Assembly (NCBI GenBank): GCA_030390025.1
Contig: CM059427.1
Location: forward strand, 122,946,001-123,010,000
Length of the DNA stretch: 64,000 nt
Direction: 5' to 3'
DNA from: Squalus acanthias
Lineage: Eukaryota
A program made the translations under genes and the position numbers. Below are positions 38,353 to 50,685 of the stretch, one piece after another. The first letter of the stretch is position 1. Each line of letters begins with the position of its first letter. The notes under the pieces are model-generated. The model was not told where the DNA came from and ran no database searches. It saw only the letters and a program-made list of their open reading frames with translations.

Positions 38353-38917
38353 TAGGATCAGGAACTCCTCTCAGATAATCATCAACTCTTACAAACAAAA
38401 GGATTCATATAATAGAAATAGACAAGAAAACATGAATAATTATTCAATATTAACCATTGTTTTTGAAACTGAATTGCAGATGGCGATATTCAAGGTTTAT
38501 CTTGGTGTGTTTACAAGCAGATCCATCATTTGATTGTATGGGTGCATGGTCAGTCAAACCTTGTAAAATACAAAGTGTGTCTTTTACATTCTGCAAAACA
38601 GAATGGTACAATCTCAATTAATTAATAATTTCAGAAGTGACATTGTTTTTTAAGTCTCAGCATTATCAATTGGAATGAGAGAAGGGACAAAGAGAACAAT
38701 TTGTTATCTGCAATTTTTAATGAGTTGAATAATTTGAACCTCATGTATTTTTTTAATGCTGTTAATTTTCCCATTAGTAAATGCCTGATGGCTAGAGCTG
38801 GATGCCCTGTGCTGTAAAATCTGGAATAGAACCAGATCTCCATGTGTATTCTGGAGTCTGGAAGAGCAATGTATACTCAAAACTCTTGTGAGACTTGAGG
38901 GGGGTGGGGGGGGAGGT

Positions 38918-39068
38918 GGAGGCGCAAAATCTACCTTGGCGGTAGCGCAAAACGGACGATAGCGAATCTTTTTCAACAACTGAAAAGAATATCAGGTGGA
39001 GCGTAAAACATGCTGCTGATTCACTATCGCCCAATTTGCGCTACCTCCCAAAATGGATTTCACCCCCC
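38918..39068. mobile_element. Short palindromic MITE-like element
   Basis: ggtagcgcaaaacggacgatagcgaatc pairs with gattcactatcgcccaatttgcgctacc. Confidence 0.6.
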
Positions 39069-39334
39069 CCCTGAGATTTCTCTCCCCTTCCAATTTTCTA
39101 CCTCCATTCCTCACCCCTGAAGATACTGAAACTCACTGGGATGTAGTTGCACAGATACTGGTCACCCTTCCACGTGTGAGTCTAGTGGGTGGTCGCAGGC
39201 TGTTCAACCGTGATGGGCATCACACAGCCTTATCTTTTCTGGGAATTTCCCCAACCTATATAAATGCAAGTAGTTGTTACACAGGAACAATAATTAAGGT
39301 CTTTCTGGTACAATTAATTAATAAAGTTATGACT

Positions 39335-39705
39335 CACTATGGTACGAAGCCATGCAGTCCAGGCACGTCCCCAATTCGATTCCTAGTCTGTGCTGATCTA
39401 GGCCGGACAACGGGTGCACACTCCAATTGCCCTCAGCCTCCCGGGGTTTAGGGAGGGGAAAAATATTGGCCAGCATTTCCGCTCCTGGTCAGAGTCCATT
39501 CACTTCTGCCGGAGTGTGCACTTGTATGGACATTGTGGATGAAGACCAGATCGGCTGCCACCTGCCGCCAGCGATTGATAGCCCACCGATATTCACCGCC
39601 TTGCCTCAAACGTGAAGCAGGTTCACTTTGTGAGATTTAGGAGGATGGTCTGTACCTGTGAAATTACCGCATCACAAGACTGCACTGTTAGGAGAGGAAG
39701 GGAAA
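39335..39705 (+). mobile_element. SINE B
   Basis: tggtacgaagccatgcagtccagg...ttcgattcctagtctgtgctga...caattgccctcagc...ggagaggaaggg. Confidence 0.65.
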
Positions 39706-40211
39706 AAACTTATGTAAAAACTCCACCTATAAAACAGAGCAGGGAAAGGGGTTACAGTCCTTAAAGTTAATAAAGCCATAATTATTTTTTACTGTATTTG
39801 CTTTCTGTTAATCTCTACTAAAGTAAATTGCTTTCAGCTGTAAGATCTTTTAACCCAGGTAACTCACTGACTGAGATATTAGCTCAAATCACACATGTTC
39901 ACATTGGGAATCATATTCTGGTGTCTCCATGGGCTATTGCTTTTGTAAATACCTTTCGACTTTTCTGTCAAAATAAGGAGGCAAAGATACAAAAGCACTT
40001 GGGCTGTTTGCTGATATGCTGATATTTCCAACACGTTGCACCTGGAGAACGAGGTTAGTTCTTGAAGTAGGGGGAGGTGGAGCACACACACTCCGGGACA
40101 CGTGGTGACAAGACACTGCTGTCAGCTTCTAATTGCCTTCCCAGAGTCAGAAGCTAAACTGTGATCAGGCCATTCACCCAACACAGACAAAAGTCTCACT
40201 TACCTTTGAAG

Positions 40212-40434
40212 CCATGATGTGGAGATGCCGCTGTTGGACTGGGGTGGACAAATGTGAGAAGTCGCACAACACCAGGTTATAGTCAAACAGTTTTATTTGA
40301 AATCACAAGCTTTCGGAGCTCTGCTCCTTCGTCAGGTGAAGTCTTCACCTGACGAAGGAGCAGCGCTCCGAAAGCTTGTGATTTCAAATAAAACTGTTGG
40401 ACTATAACCTGGTGTTGTGCGACTTCTCACATTT
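40212..40434. mobile_element. Penelope-like mini-insertion, inverted terminal repeat pair forming a palindrome with 92-bp arms
   Basis: Arms 40250-40341 and 40343-40434 with 2 mismatches; 38-nt unpaired leader; 12-bp duplication ttacctttgaag at 40200-40211 and 40433-40444. Confidence 0.85.
40345..40381 (+). ncRNA. Minimal type I hammerhead ribozyme-like motif (mirror copy on the minus strand at 40303-40339)
   Basis: UCAC-CUGACGA-a-GGAGC(agc)GCUCC-GAAA-GC-UU-GUGA: conserved CUGANGA and GAAA core, 5-bp stem II, stem I UCAC/GUGA, palindromic AAGCUU in place of stem III. Activity is not shown. Confidence 0.7.
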
Positions 40435-40470
40435 ACCTTTGAAGAGTTTGGGAGTGAAGTAGTGGCTCAG

Positions 40471-40558
40471 CTGTCCGTTATACACCCCGCCCGAATTTCC
40501 TTTCCATTGACATCGATGGTAAGTAAAATCGGATTTGGTGTATAACGAGCGGTTGATC
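40471..40558. mobile_element. Short palindromic MITE-like remnant
   Basis: cgttatacacc...ccattgacatcgatgg...ggtgtataacg inverted symmetry. Confidence 0.5.
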
Positions 40559-40734
40559 CTTTACTGCCTGCTTTGTGTCCCCGCTGAAGTTGAATTTCAA
40601 CTCCTCTGTGTTTTCATTATAATTATAAATGAGGCGGGAGATGAGATGGTCGACCCGTATTCATTTTTTTAACGCAAATCTCTATCAGGAGTAGAATTTC
40701 AATACTTAAAATGAATAATAAGATAAAATACTTG

Positions 40735-40960
40735 TTCCCCTCCAAGTCACACACCATCCCGGCTTGGAAGTATATCGCCATTCCTTCATCGTCGCTGGGT
40801 CAAAATCCTGGAACTCCCTCCCTCCCTCACTGTGGGAGTACCTTCACCACACGGACTGCAGCGGTTCACCACCACCACCTTCTCAACAGCAACTAGGGAT
40901 GGGCAATAAATGCAGGACTTGCCAACAATGTCCATTTCCCAAGAATGAATTAAAATAAAA
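40735..40960 (+). mobile_element. LINE 3' end (tail shared with SINE C)
   Basis: ttccttcatcgtcgctgggtcaaaatcctggaactccctccc (SFIVAGSKSWNSLP)...tagggatgggcaataaatgc plus an A-rich tail. Confidence 0.8.
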
Positions 40961-42167
40961 TACCATCATATCACATTGAAATATGTCAGATCACTTCACT
41001 CTTCAGGTAAAGCGAGGTTAGAGAATTGGAACAGGTCCTGCATGTTTTAGTTTGTTGCCATTTTAAAGTCGCACATTCTGTCCTTATTTTATAATTCCAT
41101 TATTAAATCATATGTCCACATTTAAAATGCAAACTGCCTCTGCAAATGTGCAGGTGGTAGCACAGCAGTGCCTCCAACAGGAGGAGGGTGTAATCACAGT
41201 GCGATAAGTTTACATAGGCAGTCCCCATTATAAATGTGGACACAGGAATTTTAGAATGTAAAATGTTGACAGGAAGAGTGATGCAAGATTTTTAATATGT
41301 TATAAAATTAGATATATATATATATAGAAATAATGGATATGTTGAAAGTACAAAAACTGAGAGAAAGTCCCTCATTAGCAATGGCTGATTCTAGGGGTAG
41401 ACAATGGGGAAGGTCTTGTCCATCTGTTTAGAATCCTGGCTGTTAAAGTCTAGATGAAAGAATTTTGCTGCATTGTAAACATCCAGTGACAAACCAAATT
41501 ACAAAAAGTTTTCTAAATTAAAATTAGTAATTGCCAGAAGAGTCCAATGTGTTTGGAAACCCCAGGGTCTTAAAAAAAACCTAATTAGATATTTGTGTTT
41601 CTTTTCCCTTCAGAGATAAACAAGCTGTATCGCTCTTTTAAAAAAAAAATTAAAAAAATATTTTTTATTAAATCGGCACAAGTATCTGTTACCTCATAAT
41701 TTTCCCCAGGTGACTTGTCACCATGGCAATTTCCGGCCTTAATGAAGGAAACCTAATTAGCAAAAGACTCGCTGATTGGTTTGCTGGTATAATTAACACA
41801 GGTGATGCTAATTAATTCCTAGGAAACCAACAGTTCATGGAAAATAAGCGGAGCTTTGCAATATTGCTTATTGGACCATGACATTTGGAAAGAATATTTT
41901 GAAGGGTGTTTAATATGTTTTGGTAGGTCACACAAGTGGCTTTTTGCATGACAGAAAATGACTGCAAAGTGTTTCCTGTGCTTTGATTGGATTCTTCCCT
42001 CCCCCACGGGTTTATTTTTACATCTGTGCTCACCTGGGAAATTCCTAATCCGTCGATGTTCCATCTAGCACTGGAAAAAAAACCAGGCAGATCATTTTTT
42101 TTTTAATAGGGTACCCAGGTGAGGGGCTATGGTCCTAGTGCAGGCTGGTACCAAGGTTGGGAAGGGT

Positions 42168-42360
42168 AAGAAAGGACTTGTACAGCACATTTCACATCCT
42201 CAGGGCTTCCCAAAGTGCTTCCCCGCCAATGGATCATTTCTGAAGTGTAGTCACTCTTGCTATTTAGGCAAACGTGGCAACTAGTTTGTGCACAGCAAGA
42301 TCCCACAAACAGTAATGAGGTAATGACCAGTTAATCTGTTTTGGCGGCGTTGGTTGAGGG
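42168..42360 (-). mobile_element. SINE A, 3' fragment
   Basis: cttcccaaagtgctt...gaagtgtagtcact...gcacagcaagatcccacaaacag. Confidence 0.75.
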
Positions 42361-43257
42361 GTAAGAACAATTCAGTCACTGTCCCTCCAGCTCTTGTTCC
42401 CTATCCAGCGATTCCTGCTGGCTGGGGATCAGGTGTGAGCAGGATTGGGCTCAGCTGTAACACCCAGTGGCGTCAAATAGCCTGACTGTTTTGGCTCTCA
42501 CGTAAAGAACAGTCACTTGGGCAAGATACCACATGCTGGCACCTGTAGAACCAAACTCCAACTTGAGTTAGCGCTCTTAGCAGGAAAAACGTTCAATTAA
42601 ATTTACTGACATTGATGCTGTCACTACTCTGTGTTTTGTTGCTACTTTTATTATCCTTTTCTTCTGTTGTTGCTTTTTTTTTTGACAATTGGCCTCTCTG
42701 TGCATAACAGGCCAAGCGAGGGGGCCCTGCCTTGTTCCCAGCGATGGCACCTGGCACAATTCTCCTGCCCAACCTTGGAGGTTCGCCAGTCGCTGTGTGA
42801 GCAGCCCGTGTATGAGCACAGTCTGCTGTTAATCACTACTATCATGGATTAGCAAACGACTTGATAGATTGGAAACATCTTTTATTGGCGGCCAGCCTTT
42901 CACTCAGTACCACGATAAGCTACAAATTATGACGCTTGGGACAAAGGAGAGAACGGTTTGGACACAACTTCTTATGATGGAAAAATGCATGCCGCAGTCC
43001 AGTGACTTGACCATGTTTACATGATTATGCATCAAGCTACCATATACCTTATCTTCTTATAGGCTGAATCTCCCCAAATCTCTCTTTCCTCACATCCAAT
43101 CCAATATTAAATTGCTGTGTGTCTACATGTGACGCACACTCCAAATATGGGATGGAAGGAGAGAGAGGAGGGGGTCACGTACTGGGATGGAGAGTTGCAT
43201 TACTTTCATTCCCCTTATTGGATGGGAAGCAATTATCTTTCACTCTCCAATATTCTC

Positions 43258-43450
43258 CTTCAATTTTCTCTCCTCCCCTGAGCCCATTGAATCTCTCACC
43301 TGCGTACAGTTTCTTGGCCACTGGTCCCCTCTGCTACCTCCATCAAGTGGCGGCTCTTGCTACGTGAATGTCAGCAGGCTATTCGAGGAGCGAGGGCATC
43401 ACGGCCGAGCCCGTTCCCTGTTCACACTTGACATCCATACACGTGCGTAG
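43258..43450 (-). mobile_element. SINE B, 3' fragment
   Basis: gtcagcaggctattcga...gggcatcacggccgagcccgttccctgttcac. Confidence 0.6.
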
Positions 43451-44057
43451 GATAGTCCAGGGTTTGTGTCTGTCCAGCCTCCAATTAGTACAGGCTGGTT
43501 AAAAACACGGCCCCAGCATTTAGCACTTCTGCAGTTTGGTTTGTAGGAGTCCAACATTACATTTACATCGATAAAACTGGCTCCCTTCTCTGGAGAACAA
43601 AACTGCGGGTCTACGATTCTGTCACTGGCATAAGGGAGCTGGTTTCAGTTACAGCAATGTGGGAAACCTATGCATGGACACTGGACTCCTGGGACCCCAG
43701 ACTTAGAAGCGCTAAATGAAAAGTGCCTTTCGAGACTCATTGTAAACATTCACGTTCACTGCGAGTGAGAGCAGAACGGGTCCAGCAGGTGGGAGTGGTG
43801 GAATAGACGGTCTGTTGAAATGTCAGGTCGCATCACCTTATCTACAGTTTCATTATCTGACCCCAGCCTTTGGCTCTTTCAGTAACGTGTTGAAAATGTT
43901 GGCTGAGAAAGTCCTGGCCGTCCCCATCAGTGGTTGGGCCGCTGCTTTCATTGGCTTTTCTCTACCTCTTCTTCATTCTGGTGTCACCATGGCAACAATT
44001 GACACTCTACGGGCACCTGCTGTATATGCCAAAAAATATTTTTGGGGACTGAATTCT

Positions 44058-44418
44058 GATGGCTCAGTTGGTAAAGCCAGTGTGTAACTGAGTCAAACCA
44101 ACCAGAAAGTTTATGTTACAATTCCCAGTCTGTGCTGAGTTAGCCAATCCCAACTGGGGTGGTAAGAACAGGTGTTACAATTGGCCTCAGTGCCGCTATG
44201 ATAGTGACCGCTGCTGGTAGTGCGCCGGTATCGCCATTAGCTAAGGACAGGATAGGCCTAGCTGGCTGTGTTCAAGCAGCCTGCCCACGTGCAATGTCTA
44301 GACTCACAAATCCGAATGGCCACTTGGGTGAGATATTGAAGGGAGCTCATCAACCAGGAATCATACCATACCAGCAGTCAACACCTTGAAGAGAGGAGAG
44401 GAGATGAGAGGAGAAAAT
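44058..44418 (+). mobile_element. SINE B
   Basis: gatggctcagttggtaaa...gtctgtgctgagttagcc...acaattggcctcagtgcc...aatggccacttgggtgag...gagaggagaggag tail. Confidence 0.75.
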
Positions 44419-44932
44419 TGACAACAAAAACAAGCTAAATGCTAAGCCTATTGAAATGGCTTCATGGTGGATACATATGTTCATTCTTGTGCCTTCAGAG
44501 TGTTGAATATTGCTCACGTTATGTCAGCATTACATGCCAGTGTTTAAGTTGAGCTACTTTGAAGTATCCTGCTGTGAAGTGTTCTCTCTCATCCACCTAA
44601 ACAACCTCTTTACCCACAGCTAGTTCTCTCTTTATTCATCTCCGCTTGTCTCATTCCCTCTCCTGTTTGTGCCTTTCTGTTTGTCACCATCGCTTGTCGC
44701 TGTCTGTTTTCTGTCACTCTCTCTCTCTTTGTTCCTTTCTGTGCACGAATCTGAATTTCTAATTTCTGTTCCTTTTCCTTTCTCTCTCTCTCGTCTTTCT
44801 TTCTGTCTTGTGGTCAATGTTTTTAATACTTGGGCTGATCCTTTATCCATTGGTATCTCTTAATTGTGCTTTTCACGTGCCTCATTGTATTTCCTTTACA
44901 TCTCAGTTTCTTGTTTTTGTGGCATGTGTATT

Positions 44933-45378
44933 AAAGAAAGAAAGCCTTGCATTTATATCACACCTTTCACAACCTCAGGACGTCCCAAAGCGCTTTACAG
45001 CAAATGAAGTACTTTCGAAGTGCCGTCACTTTTGTAATGTAGGAAACACGGCAGCCAATTTGTACACAGCAAGCTCCCACAAACAGCAATCACATAATGA
45101 CCAGATAATCTGTTCTAGCGATGTCAGTTGAGGGATAAATGTTGGCCAGGACACCAGGGAGAACTCCCCTGCCCTTTTTCGAAATAGTGCCATGGGAACT
45201 TTTACATCCACCTGAGAGGGCAGATGGGACCTTGGTTTAATGTCTCATCTGACAGTGCAGCACTCCCTCAGTACTGCACTGGAGTGTCAGCCTAGATTTA
45301 GTGCTCCGGTCTCAAGTGTGGGTCTTGAACCCAAAATCTTCTGATTCAGAGGCAAGAGCACTACCGACTGAGCCAGCT
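44933..45378 (-). mobile_element. SINE A, near full length
   Basis: Colinear with 14-462, from aaagaaagaaagccttgcatttat to gcactaccgactgagcca. Confidence 0.88.
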
Positions 45379-46074
45379 ATTTGGATATCTTTAATGCCTA
45401 CATGTAAAAGGGTCAGTTCAGGGAGGCTTCCCTTCCCGTGTGGAGCCTTGCTCAAGGAGAGCATGGATTGGGGAATCAGACATGGAGGTTAGTGGCAGTC
45501 CCAATTTTCCAGTGACGGCATTTAATCAGATGAACATCGGGAGCCCCACAAATCAGCCGTTTTAACTGGGTACAGGTCACTGATGTATGCTACTGTAGTG
45601 CTGTGCCTCACTGATTTTACCTTAAAATTCAACCCATGTTTTATCTTTTAGCCCAATTCGTCTTACTTTCTCTTGCCTCCTCTTCAGAAGGTGCCCATTC
45701 ATGCTGGGGCACTGTTCCATGTACATCTCTTATCTCGCTTAAATGGCGACACTTTACGTGTGAGTGTTGTTAAGCTAGTTGACCATGGAGGCATTGCAGC
45801 CAAGCTCAATGACCACGCACTTTCCAGCAGAGGTCACTGGATCGCGAGCAGGAGCCAGAGTTCCAGCTGATTTTGTTTTCCTTCAGCCTAGCCCATTGGC
45901 ACTGATATCAACTGTATCAGACCCCTCTGGGTACTATCAACTGACTCAACAAAGATCGGTTGCCTAGATACAACAGGAGAAGACCACACTGGCTTCCTCT
46001 GGAGTTTGAACAGGTGCCCAGTGCCCATCGACACTGGTAGTGTGCCATGCATTGCATATCAGCTGACCAGGAAG

Positions 46075-46463
46075 AGCTCATTGAAACGTATAAAATTCTG
46101 ACAGGGCTAGACAGACTGGATGCAGGGAGGATGTTTTCCCTGGCTGGGGGGTCTAGAACGAGGGGTCACAGTCTCAGGATACGGGGTAGGACATTTAGGA
46201 CTGAGATGAGGAGAAATTTCTTCACTCAGAGGGTGGTGAACCTGTGAAATTCTCTACCACAGAAGGCTGTGGAGGCCAAGTCACTGAATATATTTAAGAA
46301 GGAGATAGATAGATTTCTAGACACAAAAGGCATCAAGGGGTATGGAGAGAGCGGGAATATGGTATTGAGATGGAGGATCAGCCATGATCATATTGAATGG
46401 CGGAGCAGGTTTGAAGGGCCGAATGGCCTACTCCTGCTCCTATTTTTCTATGTTCTATGTTTC
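46075..46463 (+). mobile_element. CR1-clade LINE 3' end, well preserved
   Basis: Translates LIETYKILTGLDRLDAGRMF...SRTRGHSLRIRGRTFRTEMRRNFFTQRVVNL, then a stop where W is expected; tail gaagggccgaatggcctactcctgctcct followed by (ttctatg)n. Confidence 0.92.
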
Positions 46464-47159
46464 TAGGTATTGACAGTGACTGTAGCGTGTGCCCAGATCT
46501 GTGATCCAGACCCCACACCCCTCCACCCACCTGTCCTGGTCACCTTGTCGACACATTGTGGCAGGCCAGGAGCAAGAACTGAGAACGAATGTTGCTGCAT
46601 TTGTCCGTTAGTTAAATGATGCTCCATATGGAGTTGGCTTGCAGCTTGAAGCCAGCTAACTTGTCCTAACAGCTGCATGTGGTTCACTCTGACCTGTACA
46701 GACCTCCTCGGCATAGACTTCAAACATGTTTCTTCAACATAACTCATATCTGGTAAAGTCACTATAACCTTACAGAAAGGAAAGTATGGCCAGTTGACCA
46801 CCCAGATACAGGTCAGCAAGCGGAGGGGTCCTCAAAAATAAGTAAAATTCAAATGACATTGGACCAAACAATAGTCTGTTATGCAGACCCACGTTTTGCA
46901 CTATGGGCAAACTCTTACTCACGTGATTCACTTCTAAAGAAGAAAGGACGCACTTACATTTGCATAGCATCTTATCATGTCTTCTGCATGTTCTTAAGCA
47001 CTTCAAAACTAATGAATTAATTTTGACATACAGTCGCTGTTACGTTGTTATCTGGTTTAGATCACCTAGACCTATATTGTAACTAAATGCTGAGGTCACA
47101 TTACAGGCAACTTATAATAGGCCAGCATATGGTGCAACTCTAGTGCAGGTGTGTAAATG

Positions 47160-47487
47160 CACCATGCAATACGGGCCTGAGCCATGTTATACACCAAGGT
47201 CCCAAGCTCGATCCCTGGTTTGTGCTGGTTTAGCTGATCTCAGTTGGGGTGGGGATGGGGAGAGTGCAAATGGCCTCTGTGTCTCGCTGGGCCAAGGAAG
47301 GGAAACGATCAGCTGTGGGGTTCTCGGTCCTGTGAACGTTGAGTGAGGACCGGATCAGCCATGACTGTGATATCCTCTTTAGTTGAGTTGCTCTATCATC
47401 AACATGCACAGTCTAGGCTCACACTTGGACAAGCTACTGCAGGTCGACCAGCCCCAATGGAACTGCATTCCAACAGGAGTTATTGCC
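47160..47487 (+). mobile_element. SINE B
   Basis: aaggtcccaagctcgatccctggtttgtgctggtttagctgatctcag...gtgaggaccggatc...gtctaggctcacac. Confidence 0.7.
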
Positions 47488-47704
47488 CTAGGTTTTCCAA
47501 TTGTTACACTGAGGGCAAAACATTCATTTTAAATGGGTTCCCATCGGCATTCCAATCGGAAAATCTAGGCCAGTCTTAAGGAGCGAATGGGAGGGAAAAA
47601 GATAATCAATTTTATGTGGATAGTTACAAGGATGATTAAAAAAACCTGAAACCCATAAATTAATTATACGGAGGACTTTTGAAAATGACACCTGGGAGGT
47701 GAGC

Positions 47705-47840
47705 TGGTTTGTGGTAAGATCTACTAGTCTGTGATAAGATTAAATGGACTGTGGTAAGAACCACTGGCTTGTGATAAGATTAACTGGTTTGTAGTAAGAT
47801 CTATTGGTTTGTGGTAAGATCTATTGGTCTATAGTAAGAT
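47705..47840. repeat. Degenerate tandem repeat, 20-bp unit, about 7 copies
   Basis: tggtttgtggtaagatcta(c/t) and variants. Confidence 0.85.
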
Positions 47841-49174
47841 GGCCGCATGGATTCTTCAATGATGAGGAAAGTGGCACACACCTGCCCTTTACCCTTTTAG
47901 TGAAAAAGTTGTAGGATGAGATGGCTTAAAGCTCATATTCTGGTGTGGGCACTGGCCTTCCCCAGCAGTCCAGCTGGGAACCATAAGCCACCAAGCATTA
48001 ATGCAAGTGATGCCAAAAGATGTCTTTGTCCTAGCCCTCTCTCCATTCCCTTTCGTGGAGGGTTTGACTGCCAACCAGCATTAATGTTTCCACAGCGTGC
48101 TGAGCGACCTCCGGTACCTCGCCTGGGTGCCCTTTATTCACGTATGACTGGCGGCGGTGAGTGGCGGCTGGCTATTCAAGTGCGGGACCAACCCTGCCCT
48201 CGCCTGATATCCACCTCGCTTGCACCTCCAGCCTGCAGGAGGTACTGGAAAGTGCCCGAGGGCCTTGCACTCAAGAGTTGTTGCTTTCAGGAGAGGAAAG
48301 CAGCAACTAGAGAGGGAAGAAAAGAGTTTTATGGATTTGACGTCTTGTAATACTGTCGACCTGACTGCTGATCTAACGTAAAGGGACCAGATGCTCTGTA
48401 AAGTGAAAAAAAAAATATATTGAATGTGATTTCTGAATGTATTGTTAACTAGAAAATGCTCTTTAGTAAATGCAGGGATGGAGAGGAGAACATATGAATA
48501 AAGTTGTCTGATGCTCATATCATCTAATAGCAGCGAGCAGCTGAGTCTGAAAGGCAGCCTGTCACGCCATGTCAAACTGACATTTCATGACATTAATTAG
48601 TTCGGACAATTTTTACCCGTTGTGAACTAGACAGCAGCAGAAAGTGTAGCATCTTTCAAGAGAGTAGCAGCTAATCGATAGCTCGAGACGAGCAGTGAGC
48701 TCGCTCCCCATTACATCGAGATCAGGGCTTGGCAGTCGAAAGCAGGGATAGTGCCTGCCTCAACCAAGGAGACACTGCAGACAGAAATATATATTGTGTG
48801 TGTGTGTATGTACGTATTTACCTGTCTGTGTGTGTGTGTGAGTGTGTGAGTATATATGTGAGTGTGTATGCAAACATAAATGTATGATTGCTTTCTAATA
48901 TCTTTTACGTCTAAATCTAAATATATCTACATCTTTGGATTTTGAACAGAATTCTTTCTTTCTCTTTATTTCTCTATACACTTCCCTCATTTTCTGCTTT
49001 TCCTCTTGTTCTTTTCTCTTCATATAGGGTAGATATTGATGTGTGTGATGTTACTGTACGAATGGTTAATGCACTCATGAAACTTCTCTCTGCTATTTCA
49101 ACAGAGTTCTTAACCCATTTATTTGAAATGAGTTACAAATAGTGGACAGAGGGATTTGATACGTCCATGTTAAG

Positions 49175-49602
49175 TGTTCGTTCCTCTCTATCCCTCTTTT
49201 ACTGTCCACTCTTTTTTTTGTCAGTCTCTTTATTTCTCCATTTCCTCTCTCTGTCTCTGTATCTTTCTGCTCTCTCTTTCTTCTCTATTTTCTTCCTCCC
49301 TTTCATTCTCCTTATTTCTCCTCTCTTTTTCTCTCTCTTGCACTCTATTTCTTTATTTTCTCGCTCTATCTGTCTCTATCCCAGTATCTTTCCTCTCTCT
49401 TTTTCCTATATTTTCTCCCTCTCTCTCTCTTTCTCTCCATTTCCCGTCTCTGTCTGTTTCTTTCTATTTCCTCTCTTTTCCTTCTTTCCTTCTATTTTTC
49501 TCAGCCTCTTTTTCTCTCTATTCTTCTATTTGCTCTCTCCATTTTGCTTTCTATTTCTCCGCCTGTTTTGTCCCTCTCTCGTTTTGTTCCATACCTCTCC
49601 TT
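49175..49602 (+). repeat. Polypyrimidine low-complexity tract
   Basis: About 430 bp of mostly C/T (degenerate ctttct/ctct). Confidence 0.9.
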
Positions 49603-50331
49603 CAATCAATATATTGTTTCCCTGGCCCCGGCTGACACTCAGGACTGTCTATACTTGAAACGCCTCAAATGCTCTTCGATGACAGCCCTCGATGCTGTGG
49701 AAACGACCGACGGTCGGAAGAGCTGGAAGGAACTGGAGGATTTCCCAATCAATTTTTATGACAAAATTGGTCAGAAGCCTACAGGGACGGGGAAAAAAAA
49801 AGTCAATGCAGATTTTGCGAAACCAAATCCAGTTGTAAATGGAGACCACTGAATAACAGCAGCTCCCTTCATCAATCAAAGGGAATGAAGAGTCCTTTTG
49901 TGATTGAAACATTTTCGCCTACGTGTGGTGCATTACTGCTCAGATCTCTTGGCCTCCTCCCGCACCCCCCACCCCCCAATCTTCTGTCGTATTTTTAAAT
50001 CAGGAATCTAAACTTGCTGTTGATTTGATTTTGTGTTTTTGCATTTGTTTATTTCTCCTCTTGATTTCTCTTGTTGACTGCTCTTCTCTGGCTGGGCGGG
50101 TGTGGCTATCTGGGCAGTCTAGTTTTATACTGTGATCAGCCAGATGCAGATACAATTTGACCAGCATTTATTTCTCCACGGGTTCTCCTCAGGATTCAGG
50201 TCTGTGCAGCACTGAGTCAAGCAGTCAGCTCGAGTCCCAGGACTCAAGCACTCAATCACTTGAGCTATTTGCTGTCATAGTCTGATTCTTTCAAGGAGGG
50301 AAAAAAAGCCCTTGCTATATAAGCGCCCCCA

Positions 50332-50500
50332 AAGGCCTAGTGGGCAAATTTGCCATGCGGTGTGGTGCTGAGCCATACAGACCAGGAGGTCTAAGATTCA
50401 ATCAGTGGTCTGTGCTGAGTTAGTCCATCTCAGCCAAAGTGCCTGCTCCTTATCACGATCCAGCCATCCCATTGAAACGTGTGCATGGCAGTAGGTGAAA
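50332..50500 (+). mobile_element. SINE B, 5' part
   Basis: ggtgtggtgctgagccatacagaccaggagg...tggtctgtgctgagttagtccatctcagcc. Confidence 0.7.
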
Positions 50501-50685
50501 ATCTTCTTTTAACAAAAAGTGAGAGAATGCTTGTCTTTCTCTCCAATCAACCCGCTGATGAAATTGTGGGAGCGTAGAGCTTCTAAGAATGGGATTTTGC
50601 TAGCGGGTCATTGATTATAGCAAAAAACAAGTGCTGACTCTCCTATATTTCATTAAAAGAGGAACTTAACCCATGGGCACTTACT

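Noticed and set aside
46047-46466. Reverse-transcriptase-related ORFs as a gene
   Set aside because: Only the last part of CR1 ORF2, with an in-frame stop; a 5'-truncated retrocopy.
49167-49658. Phe/Ser/Leu-rich membrane-protein-like ORFs
   Set aside because: Products of the polypyrimidine tract, open in several frames.
50030-50140. Possible terminal exon ...gggcag|TCTAGTTTTATACTGTGA (SSFIL-stop)
   Set aside because: The pyrimidine tract is far from the AG, and there is no recognisable peptide or upstream exon.
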